DNA from: an uncultured Acidobacteriota bacterium | GTDB lineage: Bacteria; Acidobacteriota; Vicinamibacteria; Vicinamibacterales; JAKQTR01 | Direction: 5' to 3' | DNA length: 64,000 bases | NCBI GenBank assembly: GCA_963817885.1 | Contig: CAWFQE010000004.1 | Coordinates: 21,419-85,418, forward strand | Shown: in pieces, positions 49,563 through 58,959 of the stretch | How the letters are laid out: each line of letters opens with the position of its first letter | Numbering within the stretch: the stretch's first letter is position 1 | The notes under the pieces: generated by a model | The model's input: the letters and a program-made list of their open reading frames with translations, nothing else | Databases searched by the model: none | What the model was told of the DNA's origin: nothing | Program-made: the position numbers and the translations under genes

Positions 49563-51183
49563 ATGCGTATCAGGAATCTGCTGGTCACAGTGTCAATTGC
49601 CGTCGTTCTCGCAGCGGGTGCGGCCGGCTCGATGAGAGCCGCAGCCCAGGCTCGCTCGGCCCAGGCACCCCCCGCGGCGCCGTCGAAGACGCCGCCGCCC
49701 TTCCAGGTCGAGGAAGCCCGGATCTCGGACATCCACGCCGCCATGAAGGCCGGCCGCCTCACGTGCCGGGCTCTCGTTCAGGCTGTACCTGCGGCGCATC
49801 GAGGTCTACGACAAGAACGGCCCGTCCATCAACGCGATCGTCGTCACGAACCCCGACGCGCTGGCGCAGGCCGATGAGCTCGATCGCCGGTTCGCGCAGG
49901 GCGGCCTGGTCGGGCCGCTGCACTGCGTGCCGGCCATCGTGAAGGACAACTTCGAGACCATTGGCCTGCAGAGCGCGAATGGTTCGCTGTCGCTCGAAGG
50001 ATATGTCGCGTCGAAGGACGCCTTCGAGGTCCGGAAGATCAAGGAGGCCGGCGCGATCGTGCTCGCCAAGTCGAACATGGCGGAGTGGGCGTTCACGCCC
50101 TACGAGACGGTCAGCTCGATCCTGCCGGGCTACACCAGGAACCCGTACGCGCTGGATCGCGTCACCGCCGGGTCGAGCGGGGGCAGCGCCGCGGCGGTGG
50201 CCGCCAGCTTCGGCGCGATCGGCCTTGGCAGCGACACCGGCAACTCGATTCGCGGCCCCTCGTCGCACCAGGCGCTGGTCGGCATCCGATCGACCATGGG
50301 CCTCACGAGCCGCGCCGGGGTGTTTCCGCTCAACCTGCTCGCCGACATCGCGGGCCCGATGGCGCGCACGGTCGATGATGCCGTCGCGGTGTTCCAGGTT
50401 GTCGTGGGTGAGGATCCGGATGATCCCGCGACGGCGGCCTCGCACGGCCGGGCGCCCGAGAATTATGCCGCGTCGCTCGTTCGTGACGGCCTGAAGGGCG
50501 CGCGCATCGGCGTCTTGCGCGACGCGTACGAACGCGGCACGACGGATCCCGAGATTGCGGCGGTCTTTGCCACCGCCCTCGACGACATGCGCCGCGCCGG
50601 CGCCGTCATCGTCGATCCCGCGGGCGTGAAGGGCCTCGACCAGATTCGCCGGGCGCAGAATGCGGGCCCGTGCATGGGGTTCAAGTACGACCTCAACAGG
50701 TTCCTTGCCGCGCGGGGCGATAACGTGCCGGTGAAGACTCTCGCCGAGATCGTCAAGTCCAGGCGCTTCCACCCGACCGTTCAGCGACGCCTCGAGCAGG
50801 CCGAGTCGGGGCCCGAGAACGGCCCGGACACGCCAGGCTGCAAGGCCGAGATGGCGTACCGCGAGCAGGTGCGCGCTGCGGTCACCAGCACCATGGACGA
50901 GCTGAAGCTGGACGCGTTCGTGTATCCGACCTGGAGCAATCCGCCGCGGCTCATCGGCGATCTGAACTCGCCCCACGGCGACAACAGCCAGTTCTACTCG
51001 CCGACCACCGGGTTCCCGGCCATCCAGGTGCCGATGGGCTACACGCGCGGCGGCCTGTTGCCGGCCGGCGTGACCTGGTTCGGCCGGGCGTGGTCCGAGG
51101 CCACGCTCATCAGACTGGCGTACTCGTATGAGCAGGCCACCCGGCACCGGCATCCGCCGCCCACGACGCCGCCGATACGGTGA
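49563..51183 (+). CDS. Secreted amidase (amidase-signature family), one frame break near 49793
   Basis: MRIRNLLVTVSIAVVLAAGAAGS signal, then ..ISDIHAAMKAGRLTCRALVQ / AYLRRIEVYDKNGPSINAIV... The AS signature GGSSGGSAAAVAASFGAIGLGSDTGNSIRGPS lies in track ORF 49927..51183. Confidence 0.8.
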
Positions 51184-51398
51184 CAAACACGGCTGGCGGC
51201 TGGCGGCTAACGGCCGGAAGCCGCGCACAACGTCGACGAAGTGTCACCTATGTCCTGAGAATGATCTGTCACCTATGTCCTTGACCGAACGGGCTCCGGG
51301 GCGTGCGCCGAGCCTCGAGCCTTTAGCCCCAGGCCTTTAGCCCCAAGCCTTTAGCCCGTTTCTGCGCTAGACTTACCCGTTCCGGGAGGAAACCAATA

Positions 51399-52607
51399 AT
51401 GCGCAAGATTGTTGTGATGACGTTCGCGGCGGCAATCGCCGCTTCAGCGCTCCATGTCTCGGTTCAAGCTCAGGCTCCTGCGGCGCCGGCCCAGGTGGCT
51501 GCTCCTGACGATCCGATCCGGACGCTGGTCTCGCGGCTCGACCTCGCGAAGTACAAGGACACCATCAAGGGGCTGACCAGGTTCGGCGACCGGCGGCAGG
51601 GCACCGATCGCAACAAGGCCGCGGTCGACTGGATCGAGGCGCAGCTCAAGAGTTACGGCTGCACCAACACCGAGCGGGTCAAGTACGACTTCCAGCCTCC
51701 GCCTCCGCGTCCGCCCGCCGCAGCCGGAGCAGGCCGGGGCGGCCGGGGCGGCGGCACTCCTCAAAAAGGGTTGCGCGGGCCGACCGGCGCCAACAACGAT
51801 CCGATGAAGCAGCCCGACGAGAAGGTGCGCGCGCTGGATTCGCAGCCGACCACGCCGGGCGCCCGCGAAGAGGTGTTCTGCACCAAGATTGGCACCACGC
51901 GCCCGAACGAGATGGTCATCGTCGCCGGGCACATGGACGGCATCGGCTACGCCGAGGCTGCCAATGACGACGGGTCGGGCACCGCGCTGGTGATGGAGCT
52001 GGCTCGGGTCTTCAGCGCGCCTGGCGTCCAGACCGACGCCTCGATCCGCTTCATCCTGTGGAACAACGAAGAGACCGGCCTGAACGGCGCGCACGCCTAC
52101 GTCGACCAGCGCCGCGAGCTGCAGGGGAAAGAGGAGCCGGCGGGATCCGGCAAGTATCCCGAGCCGAAGTGGCTGGCGATGATCCAGCACGACATGATGC
52201 TGTGGGACCACGGCATGCCGCTCGCTGACGGCAAGCTGCCGCCCGAGCAGCGGCCCGAGGCGGACGTGAACGTCGAGTTCGCGGGCGTGTCGAAGATGGC
52301 GAAGGAGTCGGCCGACCTGGCGTGGACGATGCGGGCGGTCAACGATCGCTATGCCACCGACTACCCGGTCACGGTCGGCAATCGCATGTCGAACACCGAT
52401 TCGCAGCCGTTCCAGGACTTCACGCCGACCGTGAGCCTGCGCGAGCTGGAGCGCCTGTCGCAGGTCGGATCGGGCTGGGATCCCAACTGGCACCAGCCGA
52501 CCGACATGTTCGCGACCTACAGCGACAAGGATTTCAAGCTCGGCCTCAACGCCGCGCAGACGACGATGGCGACCGTGGCGCAGATCGTCGGGCTGAAAGT
52601 TAAGTAA
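51399..52607 (+). CDS. M28-family metallopeptidase (aminopeptidase-like), secreted
   Basis: A signal peptide is present. Zinc-ligand contexts: VIVAGHMDGIGYAEAANDDGSGTALVMELARV, ILWNNEETGLNGAHAY, and the later WHQPTD. The frame is intact at 402 aa. Confidence 0.75.
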   Translation: MRKIVVMTFAAAIAASALHVSVQAQAPAAPAQVAAPDDPIRTLVSRLDLAKYKDTIKGLTRFGDRRQGTDRNKAAVDWIEAQLKSYGCTNTERVKYDFQPPPPRPPAAAGAGRGGRGGGTPQKGLRGPTGANNDPMKQPDEKVRALDSQPTTPGAREEVFCTKIGTTRPNEMVIVAGHMDGIGYAEAANDDGSGTALVMELARVFSAPGVQTDASIRFILWNNEETGLNGAHAYVDQRRELQGKEEPAGSGKYPEPKWLAMIQHDMMLWDHGMPLADGKLPPEQRPEADVNVEFAGVSKMAKESADLAWTMRAVNDRYATDYPVTVGNRMSNTDSQPFQDFTPTVSLRELERLSQVGSGWDPNWHQPTDMFATYSDKDFKLGLNAAQTTMATVAQIVGLKVK

Positions 52608-52686
52608 GTCGCCGGCGGGCGGCTCGCGGCCCTTCGACTCGCCAAGCTCGCTCAGGGCAGGCTGGCGGCTGACGTGTCACATGGAG

Positions 52687-52732
52687 GCCGGGGCTTCAGC
52701 CCCGGCGAGTCTGGCGGCTCTGAAGAGCCGGC
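52687..52732. repeat. REP-like double hairpin
   Basis: gccggggcttcagccccggc (52687-52706) followed by ggcggctctgaagagccgg (52713-52731). These are the same two hairpin types as at 22202-22251. Confidence 0.7.
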
Positions 52733-52973
52733 TCGCTCCGGCGAGCGTGCGTGTCATGAGCCCGGGACTGTCAGCCTCGCCGCTGGTCTGGCGCTGGATT
52801 CGCGGCCCTTCGGCTCGCGTGCTCTGGTGCCGCCTTCCGTCGCGGCACCAGGGCATCGCCGCATTTGACCCGGCCTCCTCCGATTCGCCAGAATCACTCG
52901 AGAGGCCCCGGGCGCCCCGATGGCCGTCCGGGCCGGTCGTTCGTCCCGATTACCATTCGACCAAAGGATTGCC

Positions 52974-53657
52974 ATGCGACTGCTCCCCCTCGTAATCGCG
53001 TTGCTGCTCTCTGTTCCAGCGGAGGCGCAGATGAACGTGGACAACATCCATTGGCTCGGCCACGCGTCGTTCCGCATCCAGGACGGCGCGACCATCATCT
53101 ACATCGACCCGTGGAAGATCAGCGCGGGCGCCCCGAAGGCGGACGTCGTGCTCATCACGCACGGCCACTACGATCACTTCTCGCCGGAGGACCTCGCGAA
53201 GATCGAGAAGCCCGGCACCGTGTTCGTGGCGCCGGCCGATGTCGCGGCCAAGCTCACGGGCAGGAAGGTGCTGGTCGCCACACCCGGAGAGAGCCTGCAC
53301 GCCGGGGCCCTCGCGGTGACGGCGGTCCCCGCCTACAACATGAACAAGCAGTTCCACCCCAGGTCGAACAACTGGGTCGGCTACGTCGTGACCCTGTCGA
53401 CGGGCCAGCGCATCTATCACAGTGGCGACACCGACGCGATCCCCGAGATGAAGGCGCTGAAGGTGGACGTGGCGATGATGCCCTGCGGCGGCACCTACAC
53501 GATGACGGCGGCCGAGATGGCCGAGGCGGCAAACGGGTTCAAGCCCGCGATTCTCATCCCGATGCACTGGGGCGACATCGTCGGCTCGAAGGCCGACGCC
53601 GAGACCGTGGCGAAGATCTTCAAGGGGAAGACCGTCATCAAGACGGTGGAGAAGTAG
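52974..53657 (+). CDS. Secreted MBL-fold metallo-hydrolase
   Basis: MRLLPLVIALLLSVPAEAQ signal. VVLITHGHYDHF carries the HxHxDH motif, and later HSGDT and IPMHWG occur. The start is internal to track ORF 52920..53657. Confidence 0.75.
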   Translation: MRLLPLVIALLLSVPAEAQMNVDNIHWLGHASFRIQDGATIIYIDPWKISAGAPKADVVLITHGHYDHFSPEDLAKIEKPGTVFVAPADVAAKLTGRKVLVATPGESLHAGALAVTAVPAYNMNKQFHPRSNNWVGYVVTLSTGQRIYHSGDTDAIPEMKALKVDVAMMPCGGTYTMTAAEMAEAANGFKPAILIPMHWGDIVGSKADAETVAKIFKGKTVIKTVEK

Positions 53658-53826
53658 GGACGCGGTCGAGGGTCGACCGGCGCCTGAGGGCGCGGGCACC
53701 AGCCACCGAAGTCCAGTCAAAGCCCGGGTGCGGGTACTGGTCTCGTCTCGTGCTCGAGGAAGACTACCGGCCTCCGCATAATCCGAGGGGACGCCCGAAG
53801 CCTTGGCGACCGCGGGAGGACTCGCG

Positions 53827-54405
53827 ATGAGAAAGGTGATCCTCTTCGTCCAGGTTTCCCTGGACGGCTTCTTCGAGGGACCGAAGAAGGAGCTCGACTG
53901 GAACATGGTCGATGACGAGCTCCACGCCTACTTCAACGAGGAGCTCAAGGCGATGGGCGCCTTCCTGAGCGGACGCGTCACCTACGAGCTCATGGCCGCA
54001 TACTGGCCGACCGCCGACGCCAACCCCGGGAGCCCTCCTTTCGTGAAGGAGTTCGCCCGGATCTGGCGGGAGATGCCCAAGGTGGTCTATTCGAAGACCC
54101 TCACCTCGGCGGGGTGGAACACCACGATCGCCCGGGACGTGGTGCGGGAAGAGGTCGAGTCGCTCAAGCTGCGGGCCCGTGGGGATCTCGTGGTCGGGGG
54201 AGGGGACCTGGGCGCGGCCTTCATGGCCAAGGACCTGATCGACGAGTACCGGATCTACGTCCACCCGATCCGGATCGGGGAGGGGAAGCGCCTATTTCCC
54301 CCGTCGAAGGAGAAGGTCCTGCTGCGCCTCGCGGAGACCCGGACGTTCGGGAACGGGGTCGTCCTTCTCCGGTACGAACGACTCCGGCCCGGTGGGGGGA
54401 GCTAG
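53827..54405 (+). CDS. Dihydrofolate-reductase-like (RibD C-terminal domain) family protein
   Basis: MRKVILFVQVSLDGFFEGPKKELDW...GAFLSGRVTYELM...DLVVGGGDLGAAFMAKDLIDEYRIYVHPIRIGEGKRLF is the typical pattern of this family. Confidence 0.75.
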   Translation: MRKVILFVQVSLDGFFEGPKKELDWNMVDDELHAYFNEELKAMGAFLSGRVTYELMAAYWPTADANPGSPPFVKEFARIWREMPKVVYSKTLTSAGWNTTIARDVVREEVESLKLRARGDLVVGGGDLGAAFMAKDLIDEYRIYVHPIRIGEGKRLFPPSKEKVLLRLAETRTFGNGVVLLRYERLRPGGGS

Positions 54406-54515
54406 ACGACCACCCGGGCGCGCCGCCGTTTGACGGTGCGTGCCCGATTCGCTAATATCGATGGTCTGGCCTCTGACAGTTACGGCTGTCCGAGGCCGCG
54501 CGATCTGGCCAATAT

Positions 54516-54590
54516 TCCTCAGTAGCTCAATGGCAGAGCATCCGGCTGTTAACCGGAGGGTTGCAGGTTCGAGTCTTGCCTGAGGAGCCA
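54516..54590 (+). tRNA. tRNA-Asn (anticodon GTT)
   Basis: Cloverleaf by hand: acceptor TCCTCAG/CTGAGGA, D-arm GCTC-AATGGCA-GAGC, anticodon arm TCCGG-CTGTTAA-CCGGA, variable GGGTT, T-arm GCAGG-TTCGAGT-CTTGC, discriminator G, encoded CCA. Confidence 0.9.
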
Positions 54591-54813
54591 ATCCTTTCAA
54601 CAACTTCCAAGCATCAGCTTCGCGCCATCCCCCGACTTTGCCCTTTTTCGTGCCCGGTTCTATTGGTGTTGTTGAGAAGGCGTCGAAGTCAACCGGATGC
54701 TCGCAGACTTCGCGGTCTTGCCGTCAACCGGCGCCCTGGCAATCAGTTGACCTGAAAGGACATTGTCGCGAGGCGAAGGTGGAGGCGGTGCCGCTGTTGC
54801 CGCTCGTTGACGC

Positions 54814-55647
54814 TTACAGAACACTCAATAGCTTCTGCACAAGCTCGAACGCGCGCCGTGCCTGCATGGCGCGTTCGTTCCCGTCGCTCGAATCGTGGAA
54901 GACCGCAAGCTGTCGCGGCCCGTAGAAGTCGACGGACTGGAACTTCTCGCGCAGGATCCGAATCCCCTCCACCACCAACGCATCATCGGAACGCGATCGC
55001 CAGTCATCGCCGACAACCGTGATCGCGTTCGGGAACTCGTCCAGGCAGTAACAGATGTCGTACACGTCTTTCGGTTTGTCTCTGCCGTTGACCGCATGCG
55101 CCTTCATGATGATGAAATCGGGGAGCGACGCGACTCGCAGGTGCACGGTGTTCGATGCACCTGAGATCATCGGACCCTCGAACTCGACGATCGCGGGGCG
55201 GCGGAGCGCGGCGGCGCATGAAGGAACCTGCAGAACCCTGAAGTCGCCGACAAGCTTCGGGCGATTCTTCTTCATCTTCACGTCGGCGGGTGCCAGGAAC
55301 TCAACGTCCACCCGGACGGGCGCCTCGGCGTCCTTGAGGTCGACCGTCGTTACGAGCTGGAACGTCTTGTCGCCCTTTTCATAGCGGCCGGTGTCGAACA
55401 AAAGCCCCAAGAGCTCCGCGTATCGTCCGTCGGCGAGCTTCTGCGCGTCGAGCGCGAGATCGACGTCGATGCTCCCGACGTGCGCCGTCCCCGGCGCGGG
55501 GATGATGAGATCGGGCACCCACCCCCCAACCACGACGATCGCATCGCGGAACGAACCCAGCACCTGGGCAACGTCGACGAGTACACGGCGAGCCGCCTCA
55601 ACCTGCCGGTTGGTGTAATCGCCTTCGTAGAGTGGTTCGTGGCTCAT
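54814..55647 (-). CDS. AbiEii/AbiGii-like nucleotidyltransferase (type IV TA toxin family)
   Basis: ATG at 55647 (MSHEPLYEGDY) overlaps the upstream stop (ATGA). NTase motif VVVGGWVPDLI...GSIDVDLAL. C-terminal family motif IIMKAHAVNGRDKPKDVYDICYCL (K..A...R...K/RD.YD). Confidence 0.65.
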   Translation of the reverse strand: MSHEPLYEGDYTNRQVEAARRVLVDVAQVLGSFRDAIVVVGGWVPDLIIPAPGTAHVGSIDVDLALDAQKLADGRYAELLGLLFDTGRYEKGDKTFQLVTTVDLKDAEAPVRVDVEFLAPADVKMKKNRPKLVGDFRVLQVPSCAAALRRPAIVEFEGPMISGASNTVHLRVASLPDFIIMKAHAVNGRDKPKDVYDICYCLDEFPNAITVVGDDWRSRSDDALVVEGIRILREKFQSVDFYGPRQLAVFHDSSDGNERAMQARRAFELVQKLLSVL

Positions 55648-56786
55648 GCCTTGACCGCCGCCCAAGCTGGCTTCAGCCGTTGCCGCAGAATCGCTTCCGC
55701 GGCCTCCTCGCCGCGAGCGCCGGCGTGAACGACATCGACGTAGGTCTGTACCGGGTTCGTGCACGACAGCCGATTGACGCCGGCGTCCGGCCTGTAGAGG
55801 ACCCCCGGATCACCGGGGAGCAGCACGATCACGTTCTCGCCAGAGTCCACGCGCTTTGCTTCCACCGTTGATTCGAATTCCTGCTCTATTCCCGGTTGCA
55901 TGTAGAGCCAGGTGCGGGGCTGCCGGACTGCTGGCGCCTGCAGATCCGCGGCTGAAAAGACCGCGTAGGAAAGGCGTCCGAGGCCTCCCGGGTCAATGGC
56001 TCGCAGTCGGTCTCGAAGAGCGGACCCCTGCAAGAGCGTGAAGTAGGGGCGTCGCTCGTGGCGCTCGAATCGATACGCGGATCGCCACGCCTGCAGCAGT
56101 CCGTCGAAGTCGTGAACGCAAAAGCCGCGATTGGGCATGGGCTCGAGGAACGCCTGGTCGCGCAAGTGCTGAACGACCTTGTTGACGAGCGCAAGGCTCG
56201 GCGCAGGAACACGCGGAACAAGGTCCGCGAAGTGCGCAACCATGTCGCGCTGAGTCCACCGGCGGCCGGCGTTCTCCGGCGCCAGTAGCGCACGAACCAC
56301 GCGGGCGGCTTCGGGGGTGCCCAGGTTCGCGCCCGACCGCCGCGAGATCTTGACCGGCTCTTTCCCCGAATGATCGATGTGCAGGAGGCCCGGTACGTCA
56401 AGGCGACAGTTGCCCGCCGAGTCGTACCAGCTCCAGCCCCGCTCGCGACACAGGGCCGCCATCCGCGGAGACACGCGCGGCATTGCGAGGACCCTCGCGC
56501 AGACGGCATCCTCGCTAGCGGAGCAAGGGCGATCGGCAATACTGGAGAACTGGACCGGTTGGAAACTGAGACTCTTACACTCGACCCAGAGCACCGCGTT
56601 TCCGCGCCCAGGCACGCTTCCGGAAACGCGCAAGTCCCAGCCAGGCTGCGTCCTTGGCGCTGACGCTACGGACCAGTTCTTCAGCCATGAAACCTCGCCC
56701 AGCAGATTCTGCAGGGTCTCTGCGAGTTGTCGCTCCAGGGCCGATCCATGGATCTGCTCTATGTTCACGACTGAGCCATTGTTCAC
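55644..56786 (-). CDS. AbiEi-like antitoxin/regulator with an N-terminal PD-(D/E)xK nuclease-like extension
   Basis: GTG start at 56786. The N-terminus has GWDLRV...AVLWVECKS (D...E-x-K pattern). A central winged-helix-like segment follows (RVVRALLAPENAGRRWTQRDMVAHF...LVNKVVQHLRDQAFLE). The C-terminus ..VIVLLPGDPGVLYRPD...CTNPVQTYVDVVHAGARGEEAAEAILRQ is typical of AbiEi-family C-terminal domains. Confidence 0.6.
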   Translation of the reverse strand: MNNGSVVNIEQIHGSALERQLAETLQNLLGEVSWLKNWSVASAPRTQPGWDLRVSGSVPGRGNAVLWVECKSLSFQPVQFSSIADRPCSASEDAVCARVLAMPRVSPRMAALCRERGWSWYDSAGNCRLDVPGLLHIDHSGKEPVKISRRSGANLGTPEAARVVRALLAPENAGRRWTQRDMVAHFADLVPRVPAPSLALVNKVVQHLRDQAFLEPMPNRGFCVHDFDGLLQAWRSAYRFERHERRPYFTLLQGSALRDRLRAIDPGGLGRLSYAVFSAADLQAPAVRQPRTWLYMQPGIEQEFESTVEAKRVDSGENVIVLLPGDPGVLYRPDAGVNRLSCTNPVQTYVDVVHAGARGEEAAEAILRQRLKPAWAAVKA

Positions 56787-56816
56787 AACATTGTGAACAT
56801 ATCACGTGTAGTGAAC
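56763..56816. promoter_or_regulatory. Nested inverted GTTCAC/GTGAAC half-sites overlapping the AbiEi-like start codon (candidate operator)
   Basis: GTTCAC at 56763. The palindrome GTTCACA-acat-TGTGAAC spans 56781-56798. GTGAAC at 56811. The outer half-sites sit 18 nt from the inner ones on each side. The region is visibly AT-richer than its surroundings. Confidence 0.5.
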
Positions 56817-57007
56817 ACAATTCAAATACTGCCTATATTCGGCGCGATCCATGCTCTGGAAGAGCTGCTCGAGACGACGCCCGGGCGGCCGTTGACAGCG
56901 CGCGCCTCCGCGCGTGCCGAGGCGTTCCTCGCGGTTGTGCTACTACGATTACTAGCGCACAACATCATTGTGTGTAGTATAGGTCATGGACACAACGGCG
57001 GAGCGTC

Positions 57008-58528
57008 ATGGCCTACGTCCGTAAACGCGGCAACCAGCTGGCCATCGTTCACGGGGAGCGGGAGCCGGGAACCGGTAAGGTGCAGCAGCGGATCCTGTTT
57101 ACCATTTACTCCAAGGCCGAGGCCCTCGAGATCCTCGGCCGCGGGAAGAACCAAGGCCGCTGGAACTTCGAGGGACTGTTTCGACAGCAGTTCACCGACG
57201 TCAAGGTCGACTGGAACGACATCCGGCGAGGGATCGAGGAGAACCTGGACTCCCTGCCAGATCTTCATGAGTACCGCTCGGAACGTCTGCGCGGGCGGTT
57301 CCGCGACGATCTGTGCACCTTCACGAAGCAACTCATACTTGCCGATCCACAGGATCTGATTTCCTCGGCCCATCTCATCACGGAGCATCGGCACGAGCTC
57401 GAGTACTTGACGGACCTCATTGCCTGGCGTCTCAAGCTGCGGGACCAGGAGCCCACCGAGTGGAACGAGGACAACCTGTTCTACTGGCGCTTCGCCTTGC
57501 AGGGCCGATCCGTGCCGCCAGACACGGAGGAACACGCTGCCGGCTTGTACGAGCGCGGCGAATACGACAAGGCCGACGCCGTCTTCCGGCTGCTGGTCGA
57601 CTGCTTTGATGGGTATGCCGAGGGCTACAACTACCTGGGTCTTATCGCCTACCAGCAGGGCAAGCTCGAGGAGGCGGTCGCGCGCTTCGAGAAGACCACC
57701 GAGCTTGGGCGCAAGTCCTTCCCTGCTCGCATTCCCAAGAAGCGCTACTGGAGTGACCACACCACGCGGCCCTACATGCGCGGCCTGCGGAACCTCGCTT
57801 TGACGCTCAACGAGGCCGGCAGGTACGACGAGGCAGTGACGGTCTGCAATCGCCTCCAGAACGAGTGCGGGGACGACTTCAGCGCGGCCTCCCACCGTGC
57901 AGCCATCTACCTCAACATGGGGAAGTGGGAGCAGGCCGCGGACTTCGCGAAGCGCTCGGGTGGCGATCTGGATCCCGCAGCTGGGTTCGTGGAGGCGTTC
58001 GCGCTCTTCGAGCTCGGGCGCGTCGAAGAAGCTCTCCCCGCGTTCGTACGCGCAGCGCTCAGTTCGCCGCGCGCCGCGCGCATGCTGGTCGGCGAGCGAA
58101 CGGCGGCGCCCAAGTGCTCCGAGGACGCCGAGGACCACAATACCGGCGTCTCCGAGCGCCGGCGACTGCGCGCCTACCTCGAGGATCAGCCTCGGAACGC
58201 GAAGAAGTTCTTCCGCGCTCTGGTCCGCGATCCGCGTGTGGCCAAGTTGCTCGATCAGAGCACGGCGGTCGTCCGGCGCTGGCACGAGGAGCACCATACG
58301 GGTGACCGCTCGGCCTTCGATCAGATGACGCTGGATCCGCTCGCGCGCGTTCGCTGCGGCGGAGGGGCGGAAGCTGCTCGACCTTCTCCCTCGTTCTGCG
58401 AAGTCGACACCACGATCGGCTCCACGCGACCCGAAGTGAGAGCCTCAGCGACCGAACGCCGATCTCGAACGACTATCTTGGGTGCGCTCGGGCACTGCCA
58501 CGAAGAGAAACCGTCGCGACGAACATGA
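57008..58528 (+). CDS. Protein with integrase Arm-type-like N-terminus and TPR repeats; the last ~70 codons are doubtful
   Basis: MAYVRKRGNQLAIVHGEREPGTGKVQQRILFTIYSKAEALE resembles the N-terminal Arm DNA-binding domain of tyrosine integrases (.RKRGN.W......G....F.TK.EA). TPR-like repeats follow (YAEGYNYLGLIAYQQGKLEEAVARFEKTTELG; LRNLALTLNEAGRYDEAVTVCNRL; AAIYLNMGKWEQAADFA). The tail from about 58320 is Arg/Ser/Gly-rich and not protein-like. Confidence 0.55.
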   Translation: MAYVRKRGNQLAIVHGEREPGTGKVQQRILFTIYSKAEALEILGRGKNQGRWNFEGLFRQQFTDVKVDWNDIRRGIEENLDSLPDLHEYRSERLRGRFRDDLCTFTKQLILADPQDLISSAHLITEHRHELEYLTDLIAWRLKLRDQEPTEWNEDNLFYWRFALQGRSVPPDTEEHAAGLYERGEYDKADAVFRLLVDCFDGYAEGYNYLGLIAYQQGKLEEAVARFEKTTELGRKSFPARIPKKRYWSDHTTRPYMRGLRNLALTLNEAGRYDEAVTVCNRLQNECGDDFSAASHRAAIYLNMGKWEQAADFAKRSGGDLDPAAGFVEAFALFELGRVEEALPAFVRAALSSPRAARMLVGERTAAPKCSEDAEDHNTGVSERRRLRAYLEDQPRNAKKFFRALVRDPRVAKLLDQSTAVVRRWHEEHHTGDRSAFDQMTLDPLARVRCGGGAEAARPSPSFCEVDTTIGSTRPEVRASATERRSRTTILGALGHCHEEKPSRRT

Positions 58529-58959
58529 TACCCTGGAGCGCGAGATCGAGCTCGCCCTCAGTCCCGGTGGCTTCATTTCCGACCGCGCGTGCTTTTCGTT
58601 CGGGAGCGAGCTCGAGGAAACGGCAACGAAGATCGCGACGCTCACAGACAGCTCGGGTTCATAGCGGGCTTCGAGCGGCTCGCCGCAGGTGCGCGCCACC
58701 GACCAGAACGGTCATTTCTCGATCGGGCCAAAGCGCGCTGGCCCAGACGTTGATCTGGACGACGTCGAAGGTGTCTGGCCGCGGTTCGCAAGGCGGCTGA
58801 TCTCGCGCACTCCTGCGGCACCGGGTGTGATGAGTCGCCCGCCGCTGGACCGCGCCGCGGCCGACGTTCCGGGCACCAGCACGACCGGGCGGCGTCTGTT
58901 ATCTCTCTCTCTGCGAGCCGATCACCGCTCGCACACGACAGGATGCAAAGCACGAGATC

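Noticed and set aside
49280-49762. The 160-aa minus-strand track ORF spanning the heptamer element and running antisense into the amidase gene.
   Set aside because: It is built largely from translated heptad repeats and antisense amidase sequence. It has no start context or family resemblance.
52824-52851. A perfect 10-bp-stem hairpin, ctggtgccgc-cttccgtc-gcggcaccag, as an intrinsic terminator after the M28 peptidase gene.
   Set aside because: No U-tract follows it, and it lies 217 nt past the stop codon, beyond a REP-like double hairpin. Its function cannot be inferred from sequence alone, so it is noted but not annotated.
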